Shown in pieces: positions 11,133 through 21,018 of a stretch of 64,000 nucleotides of DNA; positions within the stretch are counted from its first letter, which is position 1; every line of letters starts with the position of its first letter. Source of the stretch: an uncultured delta proteobacterium (GTDB lineage: Bacteria > Desulfobacterota > Desulfomonilia > Desulfomonilales > Desulfomonilaceae). Location of the stretch: positions 22,740 through 86,739 of the forward strand of contig CAWBBA010000015.1 of the NCBI GenBank assembly GCA_963786905.1, given 5' to 3'. The notes beneath the pieces were generated by a model. That model searched no databases. It was not told the DNA's origin and worked only from the letters and a program-made list of their open reading frames with translations. Made by a program: the position numbers and the translations under genes.

Positions 11133-12494
11133 ATGAGAAGAATTCTCATCCTGGTCGCACTGGCGCTTTTTGTCTGTTCCTACGCGGCTGATGCCGCGGT
11201 AAAAGTTGACCCGAAATTGTATGGGTCGCCCGAGGGGCAGGTCTGCATCAAATGCCATGAGCTGAAGTCCCCTGGCCTGTTTAAGCTGTGGCGGTCCGGA
11301 AAGATGGGGCAGGCGGGGGTCAACTGCTACGACTGCCATAAGGCAGAGAAGAAGACAGACAAGATACCGGGGGACCCGGACGGGTACGACCACCGGGGCT
11401 TCTGGATCGCTACGCTGGTCAGCCCAAAAGACTGTTCCCGGTGCCATAAGGAGCAGTTCGACCAGCAGCAGGTTTCCCACCATGCTAAGGCAGCGGATAT
11501 TCTGAATTCTTCTGACAACTACCTTGGCACGGTGGTCGGTGGACCGGCCGCGGTGAATACAGGGTGCCGCCAGTGCCACGGCTCCAACATCAAGGTACTC
11601 AAAGATGGGAAACTGGATCCCGATACCTGGCCTAATACCGGAATCGGCCGCATAAACCCTGATGGAAGTAAAGGGAGCTGTTCCGCGTGTCACACCAGGC
11701 ACCGTTTTTCCAAGGAACAGGCCAGGCGCCCGGACGCGTGCGGAAAGTGTCATCTCGGTCCGGATCATCCCCAGATCGAGGTTTTCAACGAGAGCAAGCA
11801 CGGCATCCTCTACCAGGCGTTCAGGGACAAGATGAACATGGACAAAGGGGAGTGGGTAGTCGGGGTCGACTACCAGGACTCAGCCACATGCGCTACATGT
11901 CATATGGGGGCCACGCCAAATCAAGCGGCGACTCACGACGTGGGCCAGCGAATCTCCTGGACCCTGCGGCCTGTGGTCTCCAAAAAGCTGGAGCATTGGA
12001 AAGACCGGCGGGACAAGATGAAAGACGTATGCCGCCAGTGCCACGGGGACTTCATGGTCAACGATTTCTACAGTCAGTTCGATGGTCTCGTGGACTTGTA
12101 CAACAATAAGTTCGCTATTCCTGCTATGAACGTCCGCCAGAAACTGATGGACACGGGCAAACTCACCAAGGCAGACTTCGACGACAAGCTGGACTGGATC
12201 TATTACGAACTGTGGCATCACGAAGGCCGCCGCGGACGGCACGGCGCTGCCATGATGGGTCCGGACTATGCATGGTGGCATGGTATGTATGAGGTGGCAA
12301 AGCATTTCTATACGTCTTTTCTCCCTGAAGTCGAGAGAATCATGGGCGGAAAGGATGCGGCAATGCCTATCCTTAACGAGTACGTCTTCAAGGATCCCCA
12401 GCATCGCTGGTATAAGGACGGGATGAGCAAGGAAGAACTGCAGAAGATAGAGCAGTTCTATCAGCAAAGGTACGGCGGCAAAGAGGCCAAGTAA
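11133..12494 (+). CDS. Secreted octahaem cytochrome c of the hydroxylamine oxidoreductase (HAO) family
   Basis: Eight CxxCH motifs (CIKCH, CYDCH, CSRCH, CRQCH, CSACH, CGKCH, CATCH, CRQCH). There is a signal peptide MRRILILVALALFVCSYAADA and a C-terminal YYELWHHEGRRGRHGAAMMGPDYAWWHG region typical of HAO-like proteins. GGGGAG lies 8 nt upstream of ATG 11133. Confidence 0.7.
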   Translation: MRRILILVALALFVCSYAADAAVKVDPKLYGSPEGQVCIKCHELKSPGLFKLWRSGKMGQAGVNCYDCHKAEKKTDKIPGDPDGYDHRGFWIATLVSPKDCSRCHKEQFDQQQVSHHAKAADILNSSDNYLGTVVGGPAAVNTGCRQCHGSNIKVLKDGKLDPDTWPNTGIGRINPDGSKGSCSACHTRHRFSKEQARRPDACGKCHLGPDHPQIEVFNESKHGILYQAFRDKMNMDKGEWVVGVDYQDSATCATCHMGATPNQAATHDVGQRISWTLRPVVSKKLEHWKDRRDKMKDVCRQCHGDFMVNDFYSQFDGLVDLYNNKFAIPAMNVRQKLMDTGKLTKADFDDKLDWIYYELWHHEGRRGRHGAAMMGPDYAWWHGMYEVAKHFYTSFLPEVERIMGGKDAAMPILNEYVFKDPQHRWYKDGMSKEELQKIEQFYQQRYGGKEAK

Positions 12495-12531
12495 GACTCG
12501 TCTGAGGCCACGTTAATACAAGGGCGCCTTC

Positions 12532-13134
12532 ATGAAAGGAACCACTAGAATCCGGAGACTTGTTCTGCCGGTTCTGATCCTGGGCCTGATCACACTGTGC
12601 CTGGGATTGGGAACCGGCTTGACCCTGGCCCAATTCCAGGACCGGACCCAGCCGTCGCCTGAAGATATCGAACGCGAATCCGATCAGGAATTTCCGGTCC
12701 CGTTGACACCCCTGCCGAAGACCATCACTCCGTGCCGTGCTTGTCACGGTCCGGAGAAGGATTTTCCCGTAAACTTCCAAAGGCGGGAAGATTTGCTTGT
12801 CCATAAGAATGTAAAGCTCAGCCACGGCGGCGTGCGAGTCTGGTGCCTGGACTGCCACAGCCCTGATAATCGCAACTATCTCTTGCCGCTGAGTGACGGC
12901 AAGCCAATTGATTTCGAGCACTCGTATCTTCTCTGCGGCAAATGCCACGGCACCAAGTACAGGGACTGGCGAAACGGCATACACGGTAGAAGGACCGGCA
13001 ATTGGAACGGTGAAAAGACCTACTACCGGTGCGTGAGTTGTCACGATCCGCATTCGCCCAAATTTAAGCCAATCGAGCCCATGCCCCCTCCCAGGAAGCC
13101 GTGGACCCCAAAAGAAACCAAGGCCAAGCACTAA
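12532..13134 (+). CDS. Membrane-anchored tetrahaem cytochrome c
   Basis: One N-terminal TM helix (LVLPVLILGLITLCLGLGTGL) and four CxxCH motifs (CRACH, CLDCH, CGKCH, CVSCH). The first haem motif lies about 40 residues beyond the helix and has no CxxCHxM. Confidence 0.75.
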   Translation: MKGTTRIRRLVLPVLILGLITLCLGLGTGLTLAQFQDRTQPSPEDIERESDQEFPVPLTPLPKTITPCRACHGPEKDFPVNFQRREDLLVHKNVKLSHGGVRVWCLDCHSPDNRNYLLPLSDGKPIDFEHSYLLCGKCHGTKYRDWRNGIHGRRTGNWNGEKTYYRCVSCHDPHSPKFKPIEPMPPPRKPWTPKETKAKH

Positions 13135-13146
13135 AGGTTCAGAGCC

Positions 13147-14124
13147 ATGAGCGATCAGACTGATAGTTCCGGTAAAGACAAATCAAACTCCGCAAGTGAA
13201 TCTGACTCCGAAATTGCGAAGAGACCGGATTCTCAATCCGCGGAGAATCGCAGCATGCTCCCGGATCGACGCACGTTCCTAGCCGGAGCTGCGAGTGTCC
13301 TGGGGATGATGGCGGTCAGCTCGTGCTCGTGGCAGGAATTCTTTCAGCAGCAGTTTCAAAGAATGACCAAGAAGGAGATCGAAGAGACGGTCGCCCGGCT
13401 TCAGGAGGACTACAAGAAGAAATACGGAAAGGAATTCGTGGTCGGGGCAGAATCCCCCATCGACGGAACCCTCTTTCGGTACGGGCTTGATATTCAGCGT
13501 TGCATCGGCTGTCGCCGGTGCGTGTACGGCTGCGTGGAAGAGAACAACCTGTCGAGAGACCCGCAAATCCAATACATAAGAGTCCTCAGGTTCAAAGACG
13601 GAAACATGGATCTCGAAGAATCGGACATCTACTACGAACCTGAAGAGGTGCCGGAGAAGGGCTATTACTACATGCCGGTGCAATGCCAGCATTGCGCCAA
13701 CGCGCCTTGTACCAAGGTGTGCCCTGTGCGGGCAACATGGACAGAGCCCGACGGCATTGTGGTGGTCGATTACAACTGGTGTATCGGATGCCGCTACTGC
13801 ATGGCAGCGTGCCCGTACATGGGCCGATGGTTCAATTTTTCCGACCCTGGTATTCCAAGCGAGCAGGTGAATCCCAAAACTCACTATCTGGGGAATCGTC
13901 CGAGAATGCGCAATGTGGTGGAAAAGTGCACTTTTTGCATTCAGAGAGTCCGCAAAGGGATATACCCCAAATGCGTCGAGGTCTGCCCGGTCGGAGCCCG
14001 CAAGTTCGGCAATCTCCTCGATCCCAACAGCGAAATCAGCATGATCATAAAGACCAAGAGGGTCTTCCGTTTGAAGGAAGATCTGAACACGCAGCCGAAA
14101 TTTTATTACTTCTTCGCTACTTGA
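13147..14124 (+). CDS. Tat-exported four-cluster [4Fe-4S] protein (NrfC/PsrB/DmsB-like)
   Basis: Twin-arginine motif DRRTFLAGAAS. Cys clusters are CIGCRRCVYGC, CQHCANAPCTKVCP, CIGCRYCMAACP and CTFCIQRV...CVEVCP. Confidence 0.85.
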   Translation: MSDQTDSSGKDKSNSASESDSEIAKRPDSQSAENRSMLPDRRTFLAGAASVLGMMAVSSCSWQEFFQQQFQRMTKKEIEETVARLQEDYKKKYGKEFVVGAESPIDGTLFRYGLDIQRCIGCRRCVYGCVEENNLSRDPQIQYIRVLRFKDGNMDLEESDIYYEPEEVPEKGYYYMPVQCQHCANAPCTKVCPVRATWTEPDGIVVVDYNWCIGCRYCMAACPYMGRWFNFSDPGIPSEQVNPKTHYLGNRPRMRNVVEKCTFCIQRVRKGIYPKCVEVCPVGARKFGNLLDPNSEISMIIKTKRVFRLKEDLNTQPKFYYFFAT

Positions 14125-14127
14125 CAG

Positions 14128-15386
14128 GTGGGGAACGTCATGCAGAGATCCGGATTCCTATTCGCAGCAGCCAGGAGGCTCACGACAGGTCCCCGAATAT
14201 ATTACATTTGGGTTCTGGTGCTGCTCGTCACGGCCATTGTCGGCATCGCGGCCTATACCAGGCAGCTTCAGCAGGGCCTGATCGTCAGCGGTATGACGAG
14301 CTACGTCTCCTGGGGATTGTACATCGGGAACTTTACGTTCCTGGTCGGTGTGGCCGCGGCCGCGGTACTCCTCATCATTCCAGCCTACCTCTATGACTTC
14401 GGCCCCATCAAAGAGGTCGTCATCGTCGGAGAAGCGCTGGCAGTGAGCGCGCTTTGCATGTGTCTCATGTTCGTCACGGCCGACTTAGGACGTCCTGACA
14501 GGGTTTGGCATCTCATACCAGGTCTGGGCATATTAAATCTGCCGCGGTCCCTCCTCGGATGGGACATAGTGGTTCTGAACGGGTATCTGTTTCTGAACCT
14601 CTTCATTCCCGGGTACTTGCTGTGGAACGCATACCATCAAAAGCCTGAAAACACGAACTTCATCCTTCCCTTCATTCTTCTTTCCATCCCCTGGGCGGTC
14701 AGCATACACACCGTAACCGCGTTTATTTACAATGGTCTCGTAGCGCGACCATTCTGGAACGCTTCCATTCTGGCCCCAAGATTTCTGGCGTCCGCTTTCT
14801 GTTCCGGACCGGCGCTGGTAATCCTCCTGTACCAGATCGTCAGAAAGTACACTCAAATTTCACGTCAAAGACGAAGCGCTCTTCAAAATCGCGGAGATGA
14901 TCTCGATCGCGATGGCGGTCAATCTGTTCTTGCTTGGAGCGGAATTCTTCAAGGAACTCTATTCGGACACCCATCATCTGTCCCCTTTGAGATACCTTTA
15001 TGCCGGCCTTCACGGCAAAGGGGTGCTTATCCCGTGGATATGGACTGCTTTCACATTCAACATCATTGCATTCTTCATTTTTCTCATACCGGTTACCCGC
15101 AAGAATTTCGCAACTCTCAACGCGGGGTGCGTTCTCATCATAGTGGGTATCTGGATCGAAAAAGGGATGGGCCTGATCATTCCGGGATTTATCCCTGCGC
15201 CATTAGGCGAGGTCTGGGAGTACCTGCCGACAAGGATCGAAATCCTCGTGATCCATGGGGATATGGGCTATCGGACTGCTCATACTCACCCTGATACTGA
15301 AAATCATTATTCCCATCGAAACCGGGGAGTTCACTAAGGCGACGCAGATCGAGAGAGCATACCCACACGTTGGAGTACATCCATGA
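14128..15386 (+). pseudogene. NrfD/PsrC-like polytopic membrane quinol-interacting subunit, with at least 2 frameshifts
   Basis: ORF 14128..15294 reads as a multi-TM protein until about 14870. ORF 14897..15337 continues it (MISIAMAVNLFLLGAEFF...). A third frame gives the C-terminus IWAIGLLILTLILKIIIPIETGEF, ending with a TGA that overlaps the next ATG (ATGA at 15383-15386). Confidence 0.7.
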
Positions 15387-16231
15387 ATACGAAGGCCGAG
15401 GCAGGCATTGTTGTGAGCAGAAGGCCGCGCTTCAAAGCAAGACTTTGGGCTCTCGCTGTGATCGCCAGTGCTTCGGTGCTCATGACCGCCTTGCCGCCGC
15501 CTTCTGTGGGAGCGGACACTGCTCCGGCCAAGGATTTGAGCACTCTTCTCAACGATCTCAACAGTCCTGACCCGGCAGTGGCGTCTCAAGCCGCGACCGA
15601 GATCAAGAACCAGCACGCGAAGCAAGCAATACCTGCTCTGGCCCAGGCAATTAAGCATCCTAATGAAATCGTGCGACTCACGGTGATCGAGGCGCTTTCA
15701 GAGATCGGTCCCGACGCGGCCCCCGCGGTTCCGGCTCTGGCTGAGGCGCTTAAGGACAAAGACCCAATGATCAGGGAAGCTGCGGCATTGGCCTTGCTCA
15801 GCGTGGGGAGGCAGAGCACCGGTGCGGTGCCCGCGTTGGTATCCGCCCTGGGTGACGAAAACAAGCGGGTCCGCGACAGCGTGGTCTTGGCCCTTGTGAA
15901 TATCGGTGAAGCTGCGGTCCCGGACCTGATTAAGGCCCTTGAGAGCAAAGATCAGTCTGTCAGATCCTCGGCCACGACAGCTCTGGGAAGGATCGGAGGC
16001 CCGGCTGTCCCGGCCTTGGTGGCCCTGCTCAAGAAGGGAGACCCTCACAGCTCGACGGCGGCTTCAAAAGCCCTGGGAGAAGTGGGAGCCCCCGCAGTCG
16101 CGCCGCTGATAGAGCTGTTAACGACCGCAAAAGCGGAAGCTTCGAAACTTGCCGGAGAAAGCCTGGCGGCCATCGGTGCGCCGGCCGTCCCTCCCCTGGT
16201 AGATGCATTGCTGAAAAGGAAACAGCAGTAA
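15383..16231 (+). CDS. Exported HEAT-repeat (PBS-lyase HEAT-like) protein
   Basis: Hydrophobic N-terminal signal followed by about 7 repeats of the pattern xxVRxxAxxALGxIGxxAVPALxxAL. Confidence 0.75.
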   Translation: MNTKAEAGIVVSRRPRFKARLWALAVIASASVLMTALPPPSVGADTAPAKDLSTLLNDLNSPDPAVASQAATEIKNQHAKQAIPALAQAIKHPNEIVRLTVIEALSEIGPDAAPAVPALAEALKDKDPMIREAAALALLSVGRQSTGAVPALVSALGDENKRVRDSVVLALVNIGEAAVPDLIKALESKDQSVRSSATTALGRIGGPAVPALVALLKKGDPHSSTAASKALGEVGAPAVAPLIELLTTAKAEASKLAGESLAAIGAPAVPPLVDALLKRKQQ

Positions 16232-16345
16232 GCGGCAGACCTGTTGTGACCTACACTTTGAAATGACCGCCGCGACCGGTATTCAGACACTGGACATTGA
16301 AAAGTTTGTCGGAACATGGCCTTCGAAGTGAAGGAGGAGAAGAAG

Positions 16346-16858
16346 ATGAAAAAGACAGTCTATTCCCTGATGATCCTGTCTCTCTTTCTCTGCGTGCCTA
16401 TGCAGGCCACGACTCAAGACAAGGATTGTCCCGACTGTCCCAAGAGCTCAACTACCAGCACTTCTCTCGATGCCAAGTGGAAGGAGTTCACCCCGCCAGC
16501 GCTGGCGCCGGGAGAGCGGCCTGATTGCCACCGCGTGCAGTTCGGGAAACAGGACTGTGCCGAATGCCACAAAAAGGAGACCCCCGAGAGCTACAAAGCT
16601 GGTTGGGTTCCAAGCACGGCATCAATAGTGTGAAGTGCGGCATTTGTCACGGTGACGTGAACAATTATCGGGCCAGGCCGGACAGAGTGGTCTGCATTGG
16701 ATGCCACTCCGCGCAGGTCCATAACATGCCTGCCCAGGCTCTTGGTGACCAATTGCTCGTTCTGCCACAAGGGCCATTGGTTCACGGTCCACAAGATAAA
16801 AGATTACGAGAAGTTCTCTCCCGGAAGAGAGCAGCGTTTCAAAGTGCCCGGCTTCTAA
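16346..16858 (+). pseudogene. napM: NapM-like periplasmic tetrahaem cytochrome c, 2 frameshifts
   Basis: AAGGAGG precedes ATG 16346, followed by the signal peptide MKKTVYSLMILSLFLCVPMQA. The four haem motifs CAECH, CGICH, CIGCH and CSFCH are spread over three frames. The last frame reads VTNCSFCHKGHWFTVHKIKDYEKF and ends with TAA at 16856-16858. Confidence 0.6.
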
Positions 16859-16895
16859 GCGCTCTAGACCCGTTATCCGACTTTTGGAGGACACC

Positions 16896-19288
16896 ATGAG
16901 TATGACTCGAAGAGAAATGATAAAGTTGTCGGCGGCGGCATTTGCCGCAGGAGCCTTGAATATACCGTTCGCCGGACGTGCTGACGCATCGGGGGAGCCC
17001 ATGGAAGTGGACAAATGGGTCAAGGGCACATGTCGCTTTTGCGGTACAGGTTGCGGCGTCTATGTGGGAGTCAGGAAGGCAAGTGGTCGGTATCCGGGGT
17101 AATCCCCAAGCCGCGACCAATTTCGGGTTCCTATGCGTCAAGGGATTCAAAGGTTACATGAGCATGTACCACCCGGACCGGCTGAACTATCCCTTGGTTA
17201 AGGCAGAAGACGGAAAGTTCAAGCGAGTCTCCTGGGACGTGGCGCTCGACACTGTGGCGAACAAGTTCAAGGAACTGCAACAGAAGTACGGGAAGGACTC
17301 GGTGGCCTTTTACGGGTCCGGTCAGTGCATGACCGAAGAGAGCTACACCTTCAACAAGCTCTGGAAAGGCGGCTTCGGTTCCAACATGGTGGAAGGCAAT
17401 CCGCGGCTGTGCATGGCTTCGGCTGTGGGCGGGTACGTCACGACTTTCGGCACAGACGAGCCCGCAGGGTCCTACGCTGATATCGAGAAGGCGAAGACTT
17501 TTTTCATCGTGGGTTCCAACATGTCGGAGTGCCATCCGATTATTTTCCGCCGCGTAGCACGACAGAAGCTCAAAGATCCGGACAAGATCAACATCATCGT
17601 CTGCGAGCCTAGGCTCACTTCCACTGCACGGATTGCGGACGTCTGGCTCCCCGCGGACCCGGGCACCGATCTCGCGGTTTTTCATTGCATGGCCCGAGAA
17701 ATCGTCAAAAACAACTGGATTGATAAGTGGTACGTGGAGAACCTCTGTAGATTCACCACTGGAACAGAAGTCGGATTTCAAGACTTATGCTCAATTCCTC
17801 GAGCAGTTCACTCCTGAAGCGGTGGAAAAGACTGACACGATGCCCTGCGGCCAACATCAGGGAGGCGGCCCGGCTGTTCGGGACCCAGGGACCGACCATG
17901 AGTCTGTGGACCATGGGTCTGAATCAGACGGACGAGAGGCGTTTGGGCCAATAATCTGATTCACAATCTCCACCTGATCACGGGCAATATCTGTAAGGAA
18001 GGAGCAGATTCCTTTTCACTGACGGGACAACCCAACGCGTGCGGCGGCGTACGTGAGACGGGCTCCCTGTGCCATCTCCTTCCAGGGACCCGACCTGTGG
18101 CGAATGCGGCGGCCAGGGAGCAGGTCGAGAAGGCGTGGAAAATCCCCGCGGGGAAAATTGATCCCAAGCCGGGGTTCCACACCATGGAGATGTTCGCAAA
18201 GCTGGGAGCAGAGAACGACGCTTCCAAGCCGCTCAAAGGAATGTTCGTCACCACCACGAACCCTGCTCAATCGCTACCGAACGGCCACAAGTACTGGAAA
18301 GGAATGAAGGACGGGTTTCTCGTAGTTGCCGACATCTTCCCGACACGAACCACGCAGTTCGCCGACGTGATATTGCCCGCGGCCTTTATTTACGAGAAGG
18401 GCGGAGTTTTCGGCTGCTCCGAACGCCGCAGCCAGCTCACCGGAAAGTGCGTAGAACCTCCCGGTGAGGCTAAACCGGACCTCTGGATGGCCGCGCAGCT
18501 TGCCAAGCGCATGGGACTGGAAAAACTCATCCCGTGGAACGGCGATGATGCTCCTGCGAGTTAACAAAATGGCCTGGGATGATTACCGGGAATGCGTAAA
18601 GATGACCGAGCACACGCTTTACGGCATAACCTACGAACGGCTCCAGAAATCGGAAGAAGGGCTCCAGTGGCCGTGTCCAGACGACAAGAGCCCTGGAACG
18701 GCCATACGCTACGTGCGCGGCAAAGACCCACTCATGAACATGCCCGAAATCGTCAAAGTGCCGCCACAGGCTCTAATCTATTTCTACGGGGATCAACAGC
18801 ACGAAGGCAAAGCGAACGTGTTTCTGAGGCCTTACAAGGGGCCGGAAGAGCCGCCGGACAAGGAGTATCCGTTTTTCCTGACCACCGGCCGTGTTATCGA
18901 ACAGTGGCACAGCGGCACCATGACCATGCGGGTGCCGGAAATAGCTCGCTCCCAGCCCAATGCTTATGTGGAGATCAATCCGAAGGATGCGGAGGCGTAC
19001 GGCATCAAGAACGGCGACATGGTGAAAATGATCAGCCGCCGCGGCTTCAACATATTGCCTGCCCGGGTGGTGAAGATGTCGCTGCCCGGAATTCTTTTCG
19101 TCCCGTGGTTTGATCAGGATTGGGATCGGATGATGAACCGGGTGACCATCGACGCGTTTGATGACGGTTCTAAACAACCTGAGTTCAAAATTTGTGCGGT
19201 ACGAATCGAACGGGTGGGTGATCCCAAAGACGTGGCGGACATGACGATCATCTCCAGTGTGGACGCCCCATTTCCGGAAAAGGTGTGA
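16896..19288 (+). pseudogene. napA: Periplasmic nitrate reductase catalytic subunit NapA, at least 5 frameshifts
   Basis: Tat signal MSMTRREMIKLSAAAFAAGAL and the N-terminal FeS motif KWVKGTCRFCGTGCGV. Fragments 16884..17102, 16978..17817, 17633..17959, 18097..18564 and 18464..19288, plus an unlisted frame (PAANIREAARLFGTQGPTMSLWTMGLNQ), tile a full NapA. Confidence 0.85.
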
Positions 19289-19525
19289 CGAGACGATCGT
19301 AATCGTTCACCGCGGAAATCGCGAGATCGCAGAGAAAGCGTTTTTCTGTGTTTGTTGCTGAGCAAGAAGCATAGTGGATTGCGAGTGAATCACCTTGAAC
19401 ATGTGCATTGGCTGAGTCTTCGTGTCCCGATACGTATTAACTCATTTGAGCTCATTATCTCTGCGATCTCGGCGCACTCTGCGGTAAATCCTGCTTTCTG
19501 ATCCAAAGCTCCGGAGCTTTCCCCA

Positions 19526-19828
19526 ATGGTCATCACCGGCAGTGCCCTTCTTATCAAGCGCGGCGCGGACATAGAGGTCCTGGAGCGGCTTAAGCAGTTC
19601 CCTGAGGTGACTTTCCACGTGAAGTCGGAATCGGGAACCGAACTGGTTGTGAATTTCGAAGCTGAGGACCACGATTCGTTGGAGCGGCTCTGCACAAGGA
19701 TTAAGGAGGCGATTCCCGAAATCATCGAAATAGCCCATGTGTATGTGAATTTTGAAGACGAGATCGAAAAGATCAAGTCGGGAAAAATTGTTAAGGGATC
19801 GCTTAACAAGCCGAAGTTCGACGAATGA
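19526..19828 (+). CDS. napD: NapD-like chaperone
   Basis: 100-aa protein (LIKRGADIEVLERLKQFPEVTFHVKSESGTELVVNFEAEDHDSLERLCTRIKEAIPEIIEIAHVYVNFE) with the NapD-type pattern, positioned after napA. Confidence 0.6.
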   Translation: MVITGSALLIKRGADIEVLERLKQFPEVTFHVKSESGTELVVNFEAEDHDSLERLCTRIKEAIPEIIEIAHVYVNFEDEIEKIKSGKIVKGSLNKPKFDE

Positions 19829-19875
19829 TGCTGGTGGTTAGGAGGTAAGAATTCAGTTATCGGCGGCGAAAGTTT

Positions 19876-20177
19876 GTCATTGCGAGCAAAGCGAAGCAAT
19901 CTTATCGTTTATACTGACTGCCAAAGATAATGTCCCTTTGACCATGAGGCGGGCACGTTGCAGGGGAGCTGGTTCGGGTCTGCCTTGTTTGTCATTCCCG
20001 CGAACGCGGAATCCAGAAGGCCCAAATAACAACAATGGTAAACCCTGTTCAGACTTTCCCGGACTGGATTCCCACGTTCGCGGGAATGACGGGATTTGGC
20101 CTCTCTGAATCGGACAAGAATTCTGGCAATGGCTATAAGCTCTGAGATTGCTTCGTCGTTTCACTCCTCGCAATGAC
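19876..20177. repeat. Nested palindromic (REP/MITE-like) element
   Basis: Outer arms are GTCATTGCGAGCAAAGCGAAGCAATCT (19876-19902) and GAGATTGCTTCGTCGTTTCACTCCTCGCAATGAC (20144-20177). Inner arms are GTCATTCCCGCGAACGCGGAATCCAG (19991-20016) and CTGGATTCCCACGTTCGCGGGAATGAC (20064-20090). Confidence 0.8.
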
Positions 20178-20205
20178 GCGGACGCTACAATGTCCGCGTA
20201 AGTGA

Positions 20206-21018
20206 ATGGTAATTTCAGGAGAACAACGAACCTTGAGTTCAGGTTGGATAAATAGTCTTCTGAAACGGTTTCTTGGTGAGCGCGAGAATCCTCTGGCAAA
20301 TCAGTACAGCGAGAACCGTCTTCGCCCTCCCGGAGCAGTGGACGAGAAACGATTTATGGCGCTTTGCATACGCTGCAATCGCTGCCTGGAGGTCTGTCCG
20401 TACAACTCAATCCGGCGCGCGGGCCTGGGCACAACTATGGGAACGCCTTACGTTCTGCCGCTGGAGAAGGCTTGTTATCTTTGCATGGCCTGCTGCCGCC
20501 TCTGTCCTACAGGGGCACTGGACAGGCTCCTGAGCAACCCCGAGGGCGTTGCGATGGGCAAAGCCAGGATCGACACCTCCATCTGCTACAGCCACCTCTT
20601 TGTGGACCATGATGTGCTGCCTGAAAACGCAGGCCAAAAGATCGGTGCGCTTTGCAACACGTGCTACAATGTTTGTCCGCTTCCCGACAAAGCCATAGCG
20701 CTGAAGCAGAACCTCTTCCCTGTAATTCTGGACGGTTGCGTAGGTTGCGGTATCTGCACCGAAAGGTGCCCTACCCGTCCCAGACGGGCGATCAACGTGA
20801 TTCCCGCGGGTGTGGGGCGGGTTGACGAGGCAGGGTTCTATTTTCGCAAGGCCCGGAAACACTTTGAGTCAGCGGTGCGTGTGGAAAGGGACGGGGCATC
20901 AGGGGCCTTGAAAGGGGAGCAACTTCTAGAGCAGAAATCCTTAATTGAAGGGACCAAGGAACAGCCGCAATTCGAATTCCCATACCAGGTTCCAAAATTC
21001 ATAGAAGGTTGGGATTGA
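20206..21018 (+). CDS. napG: NapG-like multi-cluster 4Fe-4S ferredoxin
   Basis: LRPPGAVDEKRFMALCIRCNRCLEVCP, CYLCMACCRLCP, CNTCYNVCP and CVGCGICTERCP. The start codon is uncertain. Confidence 0.7.
   Translation: MVISGEQRTLSSGWINSLLKRFLGERENPLANQYSENRLRPPGAVDEKRFMALCIRCNRCLEVCPYNSIRRAGLGTTMGTPYVLPLEKACYLCMACCRLCPTGALDRLLSNPEGVAMGKARIDTSICYSHLFVDHDVLPENAGQKIGALCNTCYNVCPLPDKAIALKQNLFPVILDGCVGCGICTERCPTRPRRAINVIPAGVGRVDEAGFYFRKARKHFESAVRVERDGASGALKGEQLLEQKSLIEGTKEQPQFEFPYQVPKFIEGWD

Noticed and set aside
11049-13131. Minus-strand ORFs 11049..11801, 11880..12467 and 12388..13131
   Set aside because: They are antisense to the octahaem and tetrahaem cytochrome genes, whose CxxCH periodicity identifies the true strand.
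19390-19899. 169-aa minus-strand ORF
   Set aside because: It is antisense to the napD-like gene and begins inside the GTCATTGCGAG repeat (LRFARNDK), so it is a repeat-translation artefact.
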